The notes under the pieces: model-generated
Seen by the model: only the letters and a program-made list of their open reading frames with translations
The model's database searches: none
What the model was told of the DNA's origin: nothing
Origin: Actinomycetota bacterium
GTDB taxonomy: Bacteria; Actinomycetota; CADDZG01; JAHWKV01; JAOPZY01
Direction of reading: 5' to 3'
Assembly (NCBI GenBank): GCA_025963875.1
Contig: JAOPZY010000135.1
Coordinates: forward strand, 1-41,250
Length of the DNA: 41,250 bases
Part shown: one piece after another, positions 1-8,791 of the stretch
Position numbering within the stretch: the stretch's first letter is position 1
Layout of the letters: each line of letters starts with the position of its first letter
Position numbers and translations under genes: made by a program

Positions 1-2
1 GC

Positions 3-284
3 TCGTGGAAGGTCCAGGTCACGCTGCGCTCCGGCCTGATCGAGAACACCGCGGAGGCGCTCCTGCAGGTCCCGGCCACCTCGGGGCCGGCGCAGACCCC
101 CGTCCGGGCGACACCCGTCAAGAAGCCGGGCCCGGGCGCCCCCGTCCTCATCGTGGCCGTGGTGCTCGTCGGCGCAGTCTCCGTGGGGCTGGCCCTGACG
201 TTCCGGCGTCGCCGGCGCCAGCGCCTCGCCCCCCGGGGGGGCCGGCCTCTGCCGCAGCAGCGGGCCCGCGCCGCCGTGCGCTGA
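3..284 (+). CDS. 3' end of a membrane-anchored surface protein (partial)
   Basis: Frame 3 is open from the window edge to TGA 282-284: SWKVQVTLRSGLIENTAEALLQVP, a Pro/Ala linker, a hydrophobic helix (VLIVAVVLVGAVSVGLALTF) and an RRRRR tail. Not in the ORF track because there is no start in the window. Confidence 0.7.
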   Translation, partial: SWKVQVTLRSGLIENTAEALLQVPATSGPAQTPVRATPVKKPGPGAPVLIVAVVLVGAVSVGLALTFRRRRRQRLAPRGGRPLPQQRARAAVR

Positions 285-458
285 GGGGGATCCCCGCTCG
301 CACGTCCGGGAACCCGCACCCCACCTCCCCCAACCGTCCCGGCGGAACGGATATGGGGGCTACGCGAAAACGGTGCCTTTGCGTTATGGGGAGCGCCCGA
401 GGATCTCCCGATACCTCTACTGAGGCGGGAGGCACCTGCCACCGGAGGCCCCCTCGCG

Positions 459-1391
459 ATGAAACTGGTGGTGAACTTCGCAACATTCCGAAGGATCTGG
501 CCGGCCCCGGCGGTCGCCCTCGCACTCGCACTCGTCGCTGGAAGCTCCGCCGTCCCGGCTTCGGCGGACACGTTGATCCCCCTCCCACTGCCCGGCATCA
601 GCCTCTCCCCCAACGCCTCCGTCCCCCCGGCGCCATCCGTGGACGCCCTCGAGACCACCATGTTGGCAAAGCTGAACGCCGAGCGGGCCGCAGGAGGTCT
701 CGGCGCCCTCGCGCTGCAGCCCTGGGCGTCGTCGGTGGCGAGGGCCCACTCGAACGAGATGGCCGCCGGCCGCGACATCTGGCACAACCACACCGGCTAT
801 CTCGACATCGCCCAGCAGGCGATCGGCGCCTACCTCACGGGCGAGAACGTGGCGGAGGCCGGTACCCTCGACGAGACGGACAGCCTCCTCATGAACAGCC
901 CCCCGCACCGAGCCAACATCCTGTACCCAGCCTTCAACTACGTGGGGATCGGCGTGGCCCTCGATGCCGTCGGCTACGTGTACGTGACCCAGGACTTCGT
1001 GACGATCAGACCCGCCCCCGTGGTCCGGGTCGCCGCCATGGCGAGCCCTGCCGCGCCCGTCGCGACCGTGCCCAGGGTGGCCGCTGCGGCGGTGCCAGCC
1101 ACCAAGGTTCCCGCTCCGCCGCGCAGCGTCCCCAAGCCGGCCACGGGCATGACCGCCGCCGGCCCTGTTTTGATCCGGCGCCTTGAGGGGCGCCTCGGGG
1201 TGCCTGTGCCACACCTCAGCCCCCTCGTCGCCTCGCCCGTGGCCGCCACCAGGCTCGTGCTGACCCGGCGCGTGACGGGGCCGGCGGTTCTGCCGGTCGT
1301 TGTCTGGGTCATCGTCCTGGCGGCGCTGGCTGGTGTCGTGCACGCCCGGGTCACGTGTGGCCGCCAGACCCCCAATCGGGGGGGTCGATGA
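459..1391 (+). CDS. CAP/SCP-domain secreted protein with Pro/Ala-rich linker and C-terminal TM helix
   Basis: Signal peptide; CAP motifs LNAERAAGGLGAL, ARAHSNEM, GENVA, MNSPPHRANIL, VGIGV, YVTQDF; GGAGG RBS upstream. Confidence 0.85.
   Translation: MKLVVNFATFRRIWPAPAVALALALVAGSSAVPASADTLIPLPLPGISLSPNASVPPAPSVDALETTMLAKLNAERAAGGLGALALQPWASSVARAHSNEMAAGRDIWHNHTGYLDIAQQAIGAYLTGENVAEAGTLDETDSLLMNSPPHRANILYPAFNYVGIGVALDAVGYVYVTQDFVTIRPAPVVRVAAMASPAAPVATVPRVAAAAVPATKVPAPPRSVPKPATGMTAAGPVLIRRLEGRLGVPVPHLSPLVASPVAATRLVLTRRVTGPAVLPVVVWVIVLAALAGVVHARVTCGRQTPNRGGR
1175..1195 (+). repeat. 21-bp palindromic dispersed repeat, copy 1 (inside CAP gene)
   Basis: CCGGCGCCTTGAGGGGCGCCT, identical to 11817-11837 and 23811-23831. 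Confidence 0.85.
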
Positions 1392-1634
1392 CCTGCCCGG
1401 ACTACTGCACCTAGTACTTCCGGGGTGGGAGACATGGCCCGCTCGTGGGGAGGTCCACGCCTGGCAAGGGCCAGCATAAACCATCCCAAGTACCCATATG
1501 CCCAAGGAGCCGGCTAACCGATAACTGTGAATGTCGCCCCAGAGACATCCAGCGGCGAGCCCGGAATCGTGAATCTTCATAGCCCAGGAATTTCAGTTCC
1601 TTCGCGTCAGCAGCTCGACATCATGAAAGGGAAG

Positions 1635-1868
1635 GTGAGTTCGTTGATCCAGTTCGTCCAGTGGATGCAAGCCCGCATCGCCGCACTTCGCAGTGGAGCC
1701 CAGCGGGGCGCCGCAGCCGTTGAGTACGGCCTCCTGGTGGCTCTCATCGCCGTTGCCATCATTGCGGCCGTCATCCTCCTCGGCAACAAGGTGAAGGGGA
1801 CGTTCACCTGCGTCGCGAACTCGCTCCCGCAGACGTCGACCTCCACCGCCACCTCCGCAGCCTGCTAG
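1635..1868 (+). CDS. flp: Flp family type IVb pilin
   Basis: RG|AAAVEYGLLVALIAVAII Flp motif (G-1, E+5, Y+6). RBS GAAAGGGAAG; start is GTG 1635 or TTG 1644. Confidence 0.92.
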   Translation: MSSLIQFVQWMQARIAALRSGAQRGAAAVEYGLLVALIAVAIIAAVILLGNKVKGTFTCVANSLPQTSTSTATSAAC

Positions 1869-1905
1869 ATCTGCCAGAGGACGGCCGTCAGATAGGCCAG
1901 CACCA

Positions 1906-1933
1906 GGGCCGGCCGGCATCAGCCGGCCGGCCC
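1906..1933 (+). terminator. GC-rich hairpin after flp (terminator or mRNA-stabilising stem)
   Basis: Perfect 12-bp stem GGGCCGGCCGGC-atca-GCCGGCCGGCCC, no U tract. Confidence 0.6.
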
Positions 1934-2232
1934 GCTCAGCACCGCGACCCACCACCGCATCGCAGCAGGGCAGCACCAGTTCCACTCCCCGAGTCCCAGC
2001 AAATGGAGTCGACGCTCATGTTCGAGATCCGCGCCGTTACCACGGCTGCTTTTGTTCTCATGAACGCGGCCGGGATCTCCCTACATGTCCGCCGCCAGGG
2101 CCCCGGGGCGACGCTCGTCGTCAGCCGGAGCTTCACCATGCTCCGATCGTTTCTTGGCAGCGAGCAGGACCGTCGTGCCGCCGCCGCCCCCGGCATCCCA
2201 GGAGGGGCGGAGTGCAACGAAAGGAAGCGACC

Positions 2233-2958
2233 ATGAAGAGCCGATCGAGCACCATCATCGGAGCGGGAGTCGCGTTGGCGATTCTCGGTGCGGCGCTGGT
2301 CTTCCTCTACGCCCACAGCCTGCAAGGGTCTGCGGGCGCCGCCACAGGGACCGACGTCGCCGCCTTCGTCGCCAAGACCGCCATCCCCAGCGGCACGAAA
2401 GCCGACTCCCTCACCACCTACGTGAAGGGCCAGGCAGTCCCTGCAGCAGCCCGGCCGGCCGACGCCCTCACGTCGCTGTCGCAGATCGCCAACCTCCAGA
2501 CGCTCCGCAACATCAGCGCCGGCGAGGTCGTCGCCGTCTCACAGTTCGGCACGGCCGGCGCCGCCACCGCCACGACGACCGCCTCGACCGACGGCCTCGC
2601 CATCCCCGCCGGCAAGAACGCCATCACCGTCACGGCGCCGGTGCCCCAGGCTGTGGCGGGCTACGTGTCGGCCGGCGACCTCGTCAACATCTACATGACC
2701 GGCAAGGGCGACCAGAGTGCCCGACTCCTGCTCAGCCACGTCGCCGTCCTCGCCGTCGTCCCGGCCAACACCCCCAAGATCGCCGCCGCCGCTCCGCCGA
2801 CGACCGATATCAACTTCACGCTCGCCCTCTCCCCCCAGGACGCCGAGAAGGTCATCTTCGCCCAGACCTACGAGGCCCTGTGGTACGGGCTGGTCCACCC
2901 CGGTGACGGCCCCGCAACCAGCGCCGGCCAGACCCTCAAGTCGCTCTTCGTGCCGTAG
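2233..2958 (+). CDS. cpaB: Flp pilus assembly protein CpaB/RcpC
   Basis: N-terminal TM helix, SAF-like VAKTAIPSGT...ISAGEVV, RcpC-like AVAGYVSAGDLVNI and TLALSPQDAEKV; RBS AAGGAAG; tad context. Confidence 0.88.
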   Translation: MKSRSSTIIGAGVALAILGAALVFLYAHSLQGSAGAATGTDVAAFVAKTAIPSGTKADSLTTYVKGQAVPAAARPADALTSLSQIANLQTLRNISAGEVVAVSQFGTAGAATATTTASTDGLAIPAGKNAITVTAPVPQAVAGYVSAGDLVNIYMTGKGDQSARLLLSHVAVLAVVPANTPKIAAAAPPTTDINFTLALSPQDAEKVIFAQTYEALWYGLVHPGDGPATSAGQTLKSLFVP

Positions 2959-2974
2959 GCGGGGGGTGATCGAT

Positions 2975-4978
2975 ATGAGCCAGGAGTACCTGAACAACCG
3001 CAGGGTGCCGCATTCGACGCTCTCGAACTACGACCTCGACCCCGAGGAGCAGGACCTCGATGCCGACGACGCCTTTGATGCACCCCTGAAGCTGCTCGTG
3101 GTGGACCGGCGAGGGAGCTTCAGCTCGGACATCGAGCGGGCTGCCCGCGCCCTGGAGTACGCCCCCACGGTCGTCACGGTCTCGCGTCTCACCGGGCTGC
3201 TGGAGGAAGTGCGCCTCGAGTCGCCGGACGTCGTCCTCGCAGCACCGGAGGAGATGACGGTCACCGGGCTCCGGCGCCTTGCACAGATCCACCGGGCGTC
3301 GCCGAAGACCGTGATCGTCCTGACGCAGGGAGCCACCCCCATCTCCATGACGGAAGCGGCGTCCTGTGGTGCGGGCGAGGTCATCGCCTACCCCGCGTCC
3401 ACCACCAGGCTCCGCAACGCCCTGCACCGCATCCTCGACACCGCAGAGGCGGTCCGGGGGGAGCGGGTCGTGATCCGGGAGGTCCCGACAGCCGCGCCCG
3501 AGCAGGCGCCGGCCTCCGCTGCACGGGCTCGGGTGAGCAACGCCATGGTCTTCACCGTGACCTCCCCCACGGGCGGCTGCGGCAAGACCTTCTTCGCCAC
3601 CAACCTTGCCGCCTACCTCGCCGGTGTGACGGGTGGCCGCGTCCTGCTGGTCGACCTCGACCTGCAGTTCGGCGAGGTGTCGCTCGCCCTCGGCCTGCGG
3701 CCCCAGCGGACCATCTCCGAGCTCATCAACGAAGAAGACATGGACGAGGCGCTCCCCGAATACCTCATGGAACACTCGTCGGGCTACCAGGTGCTGTCGG
3801 CACCCGCCGATCCCTTCGCAGCCGAGCTCGTCGGCCCCCGGGAGGCCACGCGGGTCCTCGAGTGTGCCCGGCGCCACTTCGACTACATCGTGGTGGACAC
3901 GCCCCCCTCGCTCAACGAGGTGGTCCTCGCCGCCTACGACCAGTCCCGCTACCTGGTGGTCATGGCGACGCTCGACGTGCCCTCGCTGCGCAACCTCCGG
4001 GTGTTCCTCGAGACCATCGAGCGCCTGAAGCTGCCGGCAGAGGACGTCTCCTGCGTCCTTAACAAGGCTGAGCCCGACAACGGCATCGACCTCCAGGAGC
4101 TGCTCCGGGTCTACCCTCGGGGCTTCGCAGCCGTGCTGCCGTACGCCAGGGAGGTCTCGCGCTCCCTGAACGCCGGCCAGCCGGTCCTGATCATCGAACC
4201 CAGGGCGGAGATCTCCCAGAAGCTGCTCGAGGCGGGGGCCAAGCTCGTGCCCGCCTCCCAAGTCATCAATCCCACGTGGGGGGCCCGGCCGGCTGGCAGG
4301 GTGTCCTGGTCGGCCCGGCGCAAGGAGCGCCAGGCACAGCTGGCGACGGCGACGCCGACCCACACCGCAGCGGCCGTGCACTACGAAGCACCCTCAGCTG
4401 CCGAGTGGCCGCAGGCCGGATCGTCAGTGGAGCCCCCCGCCGCCCGGGTCCCGGACGAAACGGTGCTGCGCGAGCCGTTCGTTGAAGACGAAGGGTCGTT
4501 GGTCCGGGCGCCGGGACACGGCCCCGCACGGGCAACGACCCAGAGGAGGCCGGCATCCGCAGCCGCTCCGAACGGCAACATGGCCGGAAGTCACTCCGGC
4601 CGCACCGATCGGGCCCCCGTCGCAGCCGGCCTGAGGGACAACGGGCTGACCCGTTTCCGGCTGAGGATAGGGGCGCGGCTCTGGGGGCCAGGCCTGGAGA
4701 CATCGCAGGCCCAGCAAGGGGCACTGCCGTCCCTCGCCACCCAGATGCAGGTGGGGCCTCCGTCTTTGTCCGGGCCCTTGAGCGATCCGGACCCCTCGTC
4801 CGAGCCATTGAAGAGGCCCTCGTCCTCATTCGGCCCCTTGAGTGGGCCCTTGGATGCGTCCTCGCCGCTGGTGTTCTCGGGGAGCCGTCAGGCGGCCTCG
4901 CCACCGCAACGGCCGCAGAGTCGCCGCGAGCGCCCAACTGAAACTCCGAAGACGAATCGGAAGGAGCCGAGACGATGA
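2975..4978 (+). CDS. cpaE: CpaE/TadZ pilus assembly ATPase (receiver-like domain + MinD/ParA domain + long low-complexity tail)
   Basis: Receiver-like LLVVD...PDVVL; Walker A variant SPTGGCGKT; VLLVDLDLQFG; DYIVVDTPP; VLNK. ATG 2975 chosen because the ORF-track start overlaps cpaB. Confidence 0.88.
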   Translation: MSQEYLNNRRVPHSTLSNYDLDPEEQDLDADDAFDAPLKLLVVDRRGSFSSDIERAARALEYAPTVVTVSRLTGLLEEVRLESPDVVLAAPEEMTVTGLRRLAQIHRASPKTVIVLTQGATPISMTEAASCGAGEVIAYPASTTRLRNALHRILDTAEAVRGERVVIREVPTAAPEQAPASAARARVSNAMVFTVTSPTGGCGKTFFATNLAAYLAGVTGGRVLLVDLDLQFGEVSLALGLRPQRTISELINEEDMDEALPEYLMEHSSGYQVLSAPADPFAAELVGPREATRVLECARRHFDYIVVDTPPSLNEVVLAAYDQSRYLVVMATLDVPSLRNLRVFLETIERLKLPAEDVSCVLNKAEPDNGIDLQELLRVYPRGFAAVLPYAREVSRSLNAGQPVLIIEPRAEISQKLLEAGAKLVPASQVINPTWGARPAGRVSWSARRKERQAQLATATPTHTAAAVHYEAPSAAEWPQAGSSVEPPAARVPDETVLREPFVEDEGSLVRAPGHGPARATTQRRPASAAAPNGNMAGSHSGRTDRAPVAAGLRDNGLTRFRLRIGARLWGPGLETSQAQQGALPSLATQMQVGPPSLSGPLSDPDPSSEPLKRPSSSFGPLSGPLDASSPLVFSGSRQAASPPQRPQSRRERPTETPKTNRKEPRR

Positions 4979-6477
4979 GCCTGTCAGAGCGTGCCGAACG
5001 GGTGGACCAGGAAAGCTCCCGTACCACCGGCACCCCGACGCCGCGCGCCAACACGAAGCGCGTCGTCACCAAGGAGGCAACGAGCTGGGGACAGATGAAG
5101 CGGCGGGTCCGCGACGTCCTCCTCGAGGTCCTCGGCCCCAAGCTGTCGCAGCGGATGAAAGCCGACGAGCTCGCCACGCTCGTGTCCAGCCACCTCGACG
5201 AGGCGCTGCGGAGCGCCGAGGTGTCGCTGCCGTCGTCCAAGCGGGCGCAGTTCGTCCGGGAGGTTGCGGCGGATCTCCTGGGCTACGGCCCGTTGGAGCC
5301 CCTGCTCCACGACCCGGACGTCACCGAGATCATGTGCAACGGCATCGACGAGATCTACGTCGAGCGCCACGGCAAGATCGTGCGGACCGACGCCAGCTTC
5401 ATCGACGAGAGCCAGTTCCGCCAGGTCATCGAGAAGATCGTCGCCCGCGTGGGCCGGCGCATCGACGAGTCGTCGCCCATGGTCGACGCCCGGCTGCCCG
5501 ACGGCTCCCGAGTCAACGCCGTCATCCCGCCCGTGTCGGTCCACGGACCGGTGCTCACCATCCGGCGCTTCCCCGAGAAGGCCTTCGAGGTCAAGGACCT
5601 CATCGCCTTCGGGTCGCTCACCGTCGACACCGCGGTGTTCCTCGAGGCCTGCGTGCGGGCCAAGCTGAACATCCTCGTCACCGGGGGGACCGGCACCGGC
5701 AAGACGACCATCCTGAACGTGATCTCGAGCTTCATCCCTCTCGACGACCGCATCATCACCATCGAGGACGCCGCTGAGCTCCGGCTCAACCAGCCCCACG
5801 TCGTGACGCTCGAGTCCCGGCCCCCGAACGTCGAGGGGGCGGGCGAGATCAAGATCCGGGACCTGCTCCGCAACGCCCTGCGGATGCGGCCCGACCGCAT
5901 CATCGTCGGCGAGGTCCGTGGGCCGGAGGCGCTCGACATGCTCCAGGCCATGAACACCGGTCATGAGGGATCGCTGACCACGCTGCACTGCAACTCGCCC
6001 CGGGACGCCCTCTCCCGCCTCGAGACCCTGGTCCTGATGGCGGGCTACGACCTGCCGGTCCGAGCCATCCGCACCCAGATCGCCTCGGCCATCGACCTCA
6101 TCGTCCACCTCGATCGCTTCGGGGACGGGTCCCGCCGCACGACCGCGATCACCGAGATCCAGGGCATGGAAAGCGACATCATCACCATCCAGGACGTCTT
6201 CTCCTTCGTCTTCACCACCGGCGGCAAGGAATCGGCAAAGATCACCGGCAAGCTCCAGGCAACGGGCCTTCGTCCGAAGGTCATCGAGCGGATCCGGGCG
6301 GCGGGGCTCGACCTGCCCGCCAAGCTGTTCCAGCCCGGCGGCCTCACGCCGGTCCCCCCGCAGCGGACCGAGAGCTGGAGCACGGCGAACCTCGGGGAAG
6401 CGGCGGGTGGCCAGGAGACGGCCGACCGGGCCAAGATTCTGGCGAACCTGGCTCGCCGCAGAGGAGGGTCGCGGTGA
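4975..6477 (+). CDS. cpaF: CpaF/TadA pilus assembly ATPase
   Basis: GYGPLEPLL, DARLPDGSRVN, Walker A GGTGTGKTT, IEDAAEL, ALRMRPDRIIVGEVRG, AMNTGHEG. Confidence 0.95.
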   Translation: MSLSERAERVDQESSRTTGTPTPRANTKRVVTKEATSWGQMKRRVRDVLLEVLGPKLSQRMKADELATLVSSHLDEALRSAEVSLPSSKRAQFVREVAADLLGYGPLEPLLHDPDVTEIMCNGIDEIYVERHGKIVRTDASFIDESQFRQVIEKIVARVGRRIDESSPMVDARLPDGSRVNAVIPPVSVHGPVLTIRRFPEKAFEVKDLIAFGSLTVDTAVFLEACVRAKLNILVTGGTGTGKTTILNVISSFIPLDDRIITIEDAAELRLNQPHVVTLESRPPNVEGAGEIKIRDLLRNALRMRPDRIIVGEVRGPEALDMLQAMNTGHEGSLTTLHCNSPRDALSRLETLVLMAGYDLPVRAIRTQIASAIDLIVHLDRFGDGSRRTTAITEIQGMESDIITIQDVFSFVFTTGGKESAKITGKLQATGLRPKVIERIRAAGLDLPAKLFQPGGLTPVPPQRTESWSTANLGEAAGGQETADRAKILANLARRRGGSR

Positions 6478-7424
6478 TCGTCGTTCTCGCAGCCCTCCTC
6501 GTCGCCGGTGGTGTCGTCGCCATCGCCTGGGGCGTCGCGTCCGGGGAGAAGGCAGGCCGTCAGTCCCTGGTCCAGCTCCTCGACCTGGAGCGGGTCGACC
6601 CGACACAGTCGCCGCAGACGCTCGTTGCCCTGATGGAGAGGGCGGGCGCCCTGGCGGACCGAGCCTTCAAGGGCACTGCCACCTCCTCCAAGCTCCAGGC
6701 GTCGCTGGCCTCCGCCGGCGTGAAGCTGCGCCCGGGCGAGTTCGGTGTGGTGTCCGCCGGCGCCGGTGTCCTGGGGGCGCTCGTCTCGTTGCTGTTCGTC
6801 CCGCTCGTGATCTCGGTTGCCATCCTGGTCGGCCTCCCCCTCGCCATCTACTTCTGGATGATCCGCAAGGGCAAGAAACGGCGGATCGCTCTCGAGAACC
6901 AGCTCCCGACGGTGCTCCAGCTCCTCGCCGGGTCGCTCGACTCGGGCGCCTCGATGCTGCACGCCATGGAGATCGTGGCCCAGGAGGGCAATGCCCCCCT
7001 GGCCGACGAGTTCGCCCGGGTGGTGATCGAGACGCAGGTGGGCCGGCCGATGCTGGACTCGCTCCAGGCAATGGCAGACCGCTGCGCCTCGCAGGACCTC
7101 GACTGGACGGTGGAGGCCATCCGCATCCAGTACACCAGCGGCGGCAGCCTCTCCGAGACACTCCGCACCCTCGCCGAGTTCATGCGGGCACGGGTGGAGA
7201 TCCGTGCAGAGGTGCGGGCCCTGTCGGCAGAGGCGCGGCTGTCCGGCAAGGTCCTCACCGGCCTTCCGCTGCTCGTCGGTGGCTTCCTCATGCTGTTCCG
7301 GCCCGACTACGTGGCGCCGCTCTACCAGACGGGGACCGGCAAGATGATGCTCGTCGCCGCCGGCTTCGGAATGCTCACCGGGACGATGTGGATGCAGCGG
7401 ATCATCAAGAAGGTGGAGGTGTAG
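6474..7424 (+). CDS. tadB: TadB (T2SS-F family) platform protein
   Basis: QLPTVLQLLAGSLDSG, EFARVVIETQVG, GGSLSETL, ALSAEARLSG; GTGA overlap with cpaF. Confidence 0.9.
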   Translation: MIVVLAALLVAGGVVAIAWGVASGEKAGRQSLVQLLDLERVDPTQSPQTLVALMERAGALADRAFKGTATSSKLQASLASAGVKLRPGEFGVVSAGAGVLGALVSLLFVPLVISVAILVGLPLAIYFWMIRKGKKRRIALENQLPTVLQLLAGSLDSGASMLHAMEIVAQEGNAPLADEFARVVIETQVGRPMLDSLQAMADRCASQDLDWTVEAIRIQYTSGGSLSETLRTLAEFMRARVEIRAEVRALSAEARLSGKVLTGLPLLVGGFLMLFRPDYVAPLYQTGTGKMMLVAAGFGMLTGTMWMQRIIKKVEV

Positions 7425-7426
7425 TG

Positions 7427-8359
7427 GTGAGCATGATCCTGTGGTTTGGTCCGGCGACGGTCGGGGTCGGGTTAGGTTTCGTGGCAGTGGGAGTGGCCGG
7501 TCGCTCCTCCGACCGCCGGTCCAGCGCCGCGGCGCTGGAGTCCATCGTCGGCGAGGGGCTGGACAGCAGGGAGGCGGAACTCTCCGCTCCCCTGTCGCTC
7601 CGGCTCCTCGGGCCGGTCGGTCGGTCGCTCACCAGGATCGCCCGGGCGGTGACGCCCAGCACGATGGTCGCCCGGCTTCGGCAGAACACGTCGCTGGCAG
7701 GCCTCGGAGACCTCGGGGTCGAAGGTGCCCTGGCGCTGAAGGCCGCCGGTGCCGCCCTGCTGGCCGTCATCTTCCCGCTCCTGCTGGCACTCCTCGGCGT
7801 GGGCTTCGGCAACGTCATCCTGTTGGGACTCTTCGGGGCGGCCATCGGCTTCATGCTGCCCGACGTCTTCATCGCCGGCAAGGGCAAGAAGCGCCAGGCG
7901 GAGATCCGCAGGGCGCTGCCCGAGACCCTCGATCTGCTGGCGATCGCCGTCGGCGCCGGCATGGGCCTGGAGGCCGCTATCGAACTGGTCATCCAGCGCC
8001 TCCCGGGACCGTTGGGCCAGGAGTTCCACCGGATCCTGCAGGAGCTGTCGCTCGGCGTTTCCCGCCGGGAGGCGTTCGGCAACCTCCGGACACGGACCGA
8101 GGTCGAGGAACTGTCGACGTTCGCCCTGATCCTGACCCAGGCGGACGCCCTCGGCACCCCGCTGTCCGTCGTCCTCAAGAGCCAGGCGGCGGAGATGCGG
8201 ATGCTGCGCCGGCAGCGGGCGAGGGAGCAGGGGGCCAAGACCCCCGTTGCCCTGCTGTTCCCACTGCTGCTCGGAATCTTCCCCGCGCTGATGCTGATCG
8301 TCATGGGCCCCGCAATCATCTCGATCATGAAGGCCTTCGGCGCTGGGCGGGGCGTGTAG
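7427..8359 (+). CDS. tadC: TadC (T2SS-F family) platform protein
   Basis: LPETLDLLAIAVGAGMGLE, QADALGTPL, LLFPLLLGIFPALMLIVMGPA; GGAGG RBS before GTG 7427 (ATG 7433 is an alternative). Confidence 0.9.
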   Translation: MSMILWFGPATVGVGLGFVAVGVAGRSSDRRSSAAALESIVGEGLDSREAELSAPLSLRLLGPVGRSLTRIARAVTPSTMVARLRQNTSLAGLGDLGVEGALALKAAGAALLAVIFPLLLALLGVGFGNVILLGLFGAAIGFMLPDVFIAGKGKKRQAEIRRALPETLDLLAIAVGAGMGLEAAIELVIQRLPGPLGQEFHRILQELSLGVSRREAFGNLRTRTEVEELSTFALILTQADALGTPLSVVLKSQAAEMRMLRRQRAREQGAKTPVALLFPLLLGIFPALMLIVMGPAIISIMKAFGAGRGV

Positions 8360-8428
8360 TCGCAAGCTCGTCTGCCCAACCGAACAACCCCATCCCGCAC
8401 GCTCTGAAAAAGGAAAGGAAGTGTCGTT

Positions 8429-8650
8429 TTGCTCGCGATCCTGCTCTTCATCAAGGACCGGTTTGCAGTTCTTCGACCCGTGGGTGAGCGGGGGGCGGCC
8501 GCCGTGGAGTACGGCCTGCTCGTCGCCCTGATCGCGGTCGCCATCATCGGCGCGGTGTTCCTGTTGGGCGGGAGGATCAACAACACCTACACGTGCGTCG
8601 GCAACAGCATGCCTACCGGCTCCTCGGCATCACCGAGCGCAAGCTGCTAA
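8429..8650 (+). CDS. flp: Second Flp family type IVb pilin
   Basis: ERG|AAAVEYGLLVALIAVAII motif; RBS AAGGAAAGGAAG; TTG start. Confidence 0.92.
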   Translation: MLAILLFIKDRFAVLRPVGERGAAAVEYGLLVALIAVAIIGAVFLLGGRINNTYTCVGNSMPTGSSASPSASC

Positions 8651-8716
8651 GTCAGGAGATGTGCCGCACGAGTGCGCGCCCACGGGCGACGGCGCTCGGG
8701 CGGCCGAGCCGGGAGA

Positions 8717-8755
8717 GGCCAGCGGGACCGGGTCTGGGAACTGGTCCCGCTGGTC
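8717..8755 (+). terminator. Hairpin after second flp
   Basis: GGCCAGCGGGACCGG...CTGGTCCCGCTGGTC long stem with G-U pairs. Confidence 0.55.
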
Positions 8756-8791
8756 GCCCTGCTGACGAGTGCGGGAAGCTATGCTCGGGCC

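Noticed and set aside
5..1186. 393-aa ORF and many other long Arg/Pro/Gly-rich ORFs in the track (e.g. 14625..16703, 27140..29116, 32077..33765)
   Set aside because: Shadow frames of real genes in high-GC DNA; no motifs, and they overlap well-supported CDSs.
2003..2236. 77-aa ORF between flp and cpaB as a TadE-like pseudopilin
   Set aside because: No G|xxxxE prepilin motif, no clear TM helix and no clear RBS.
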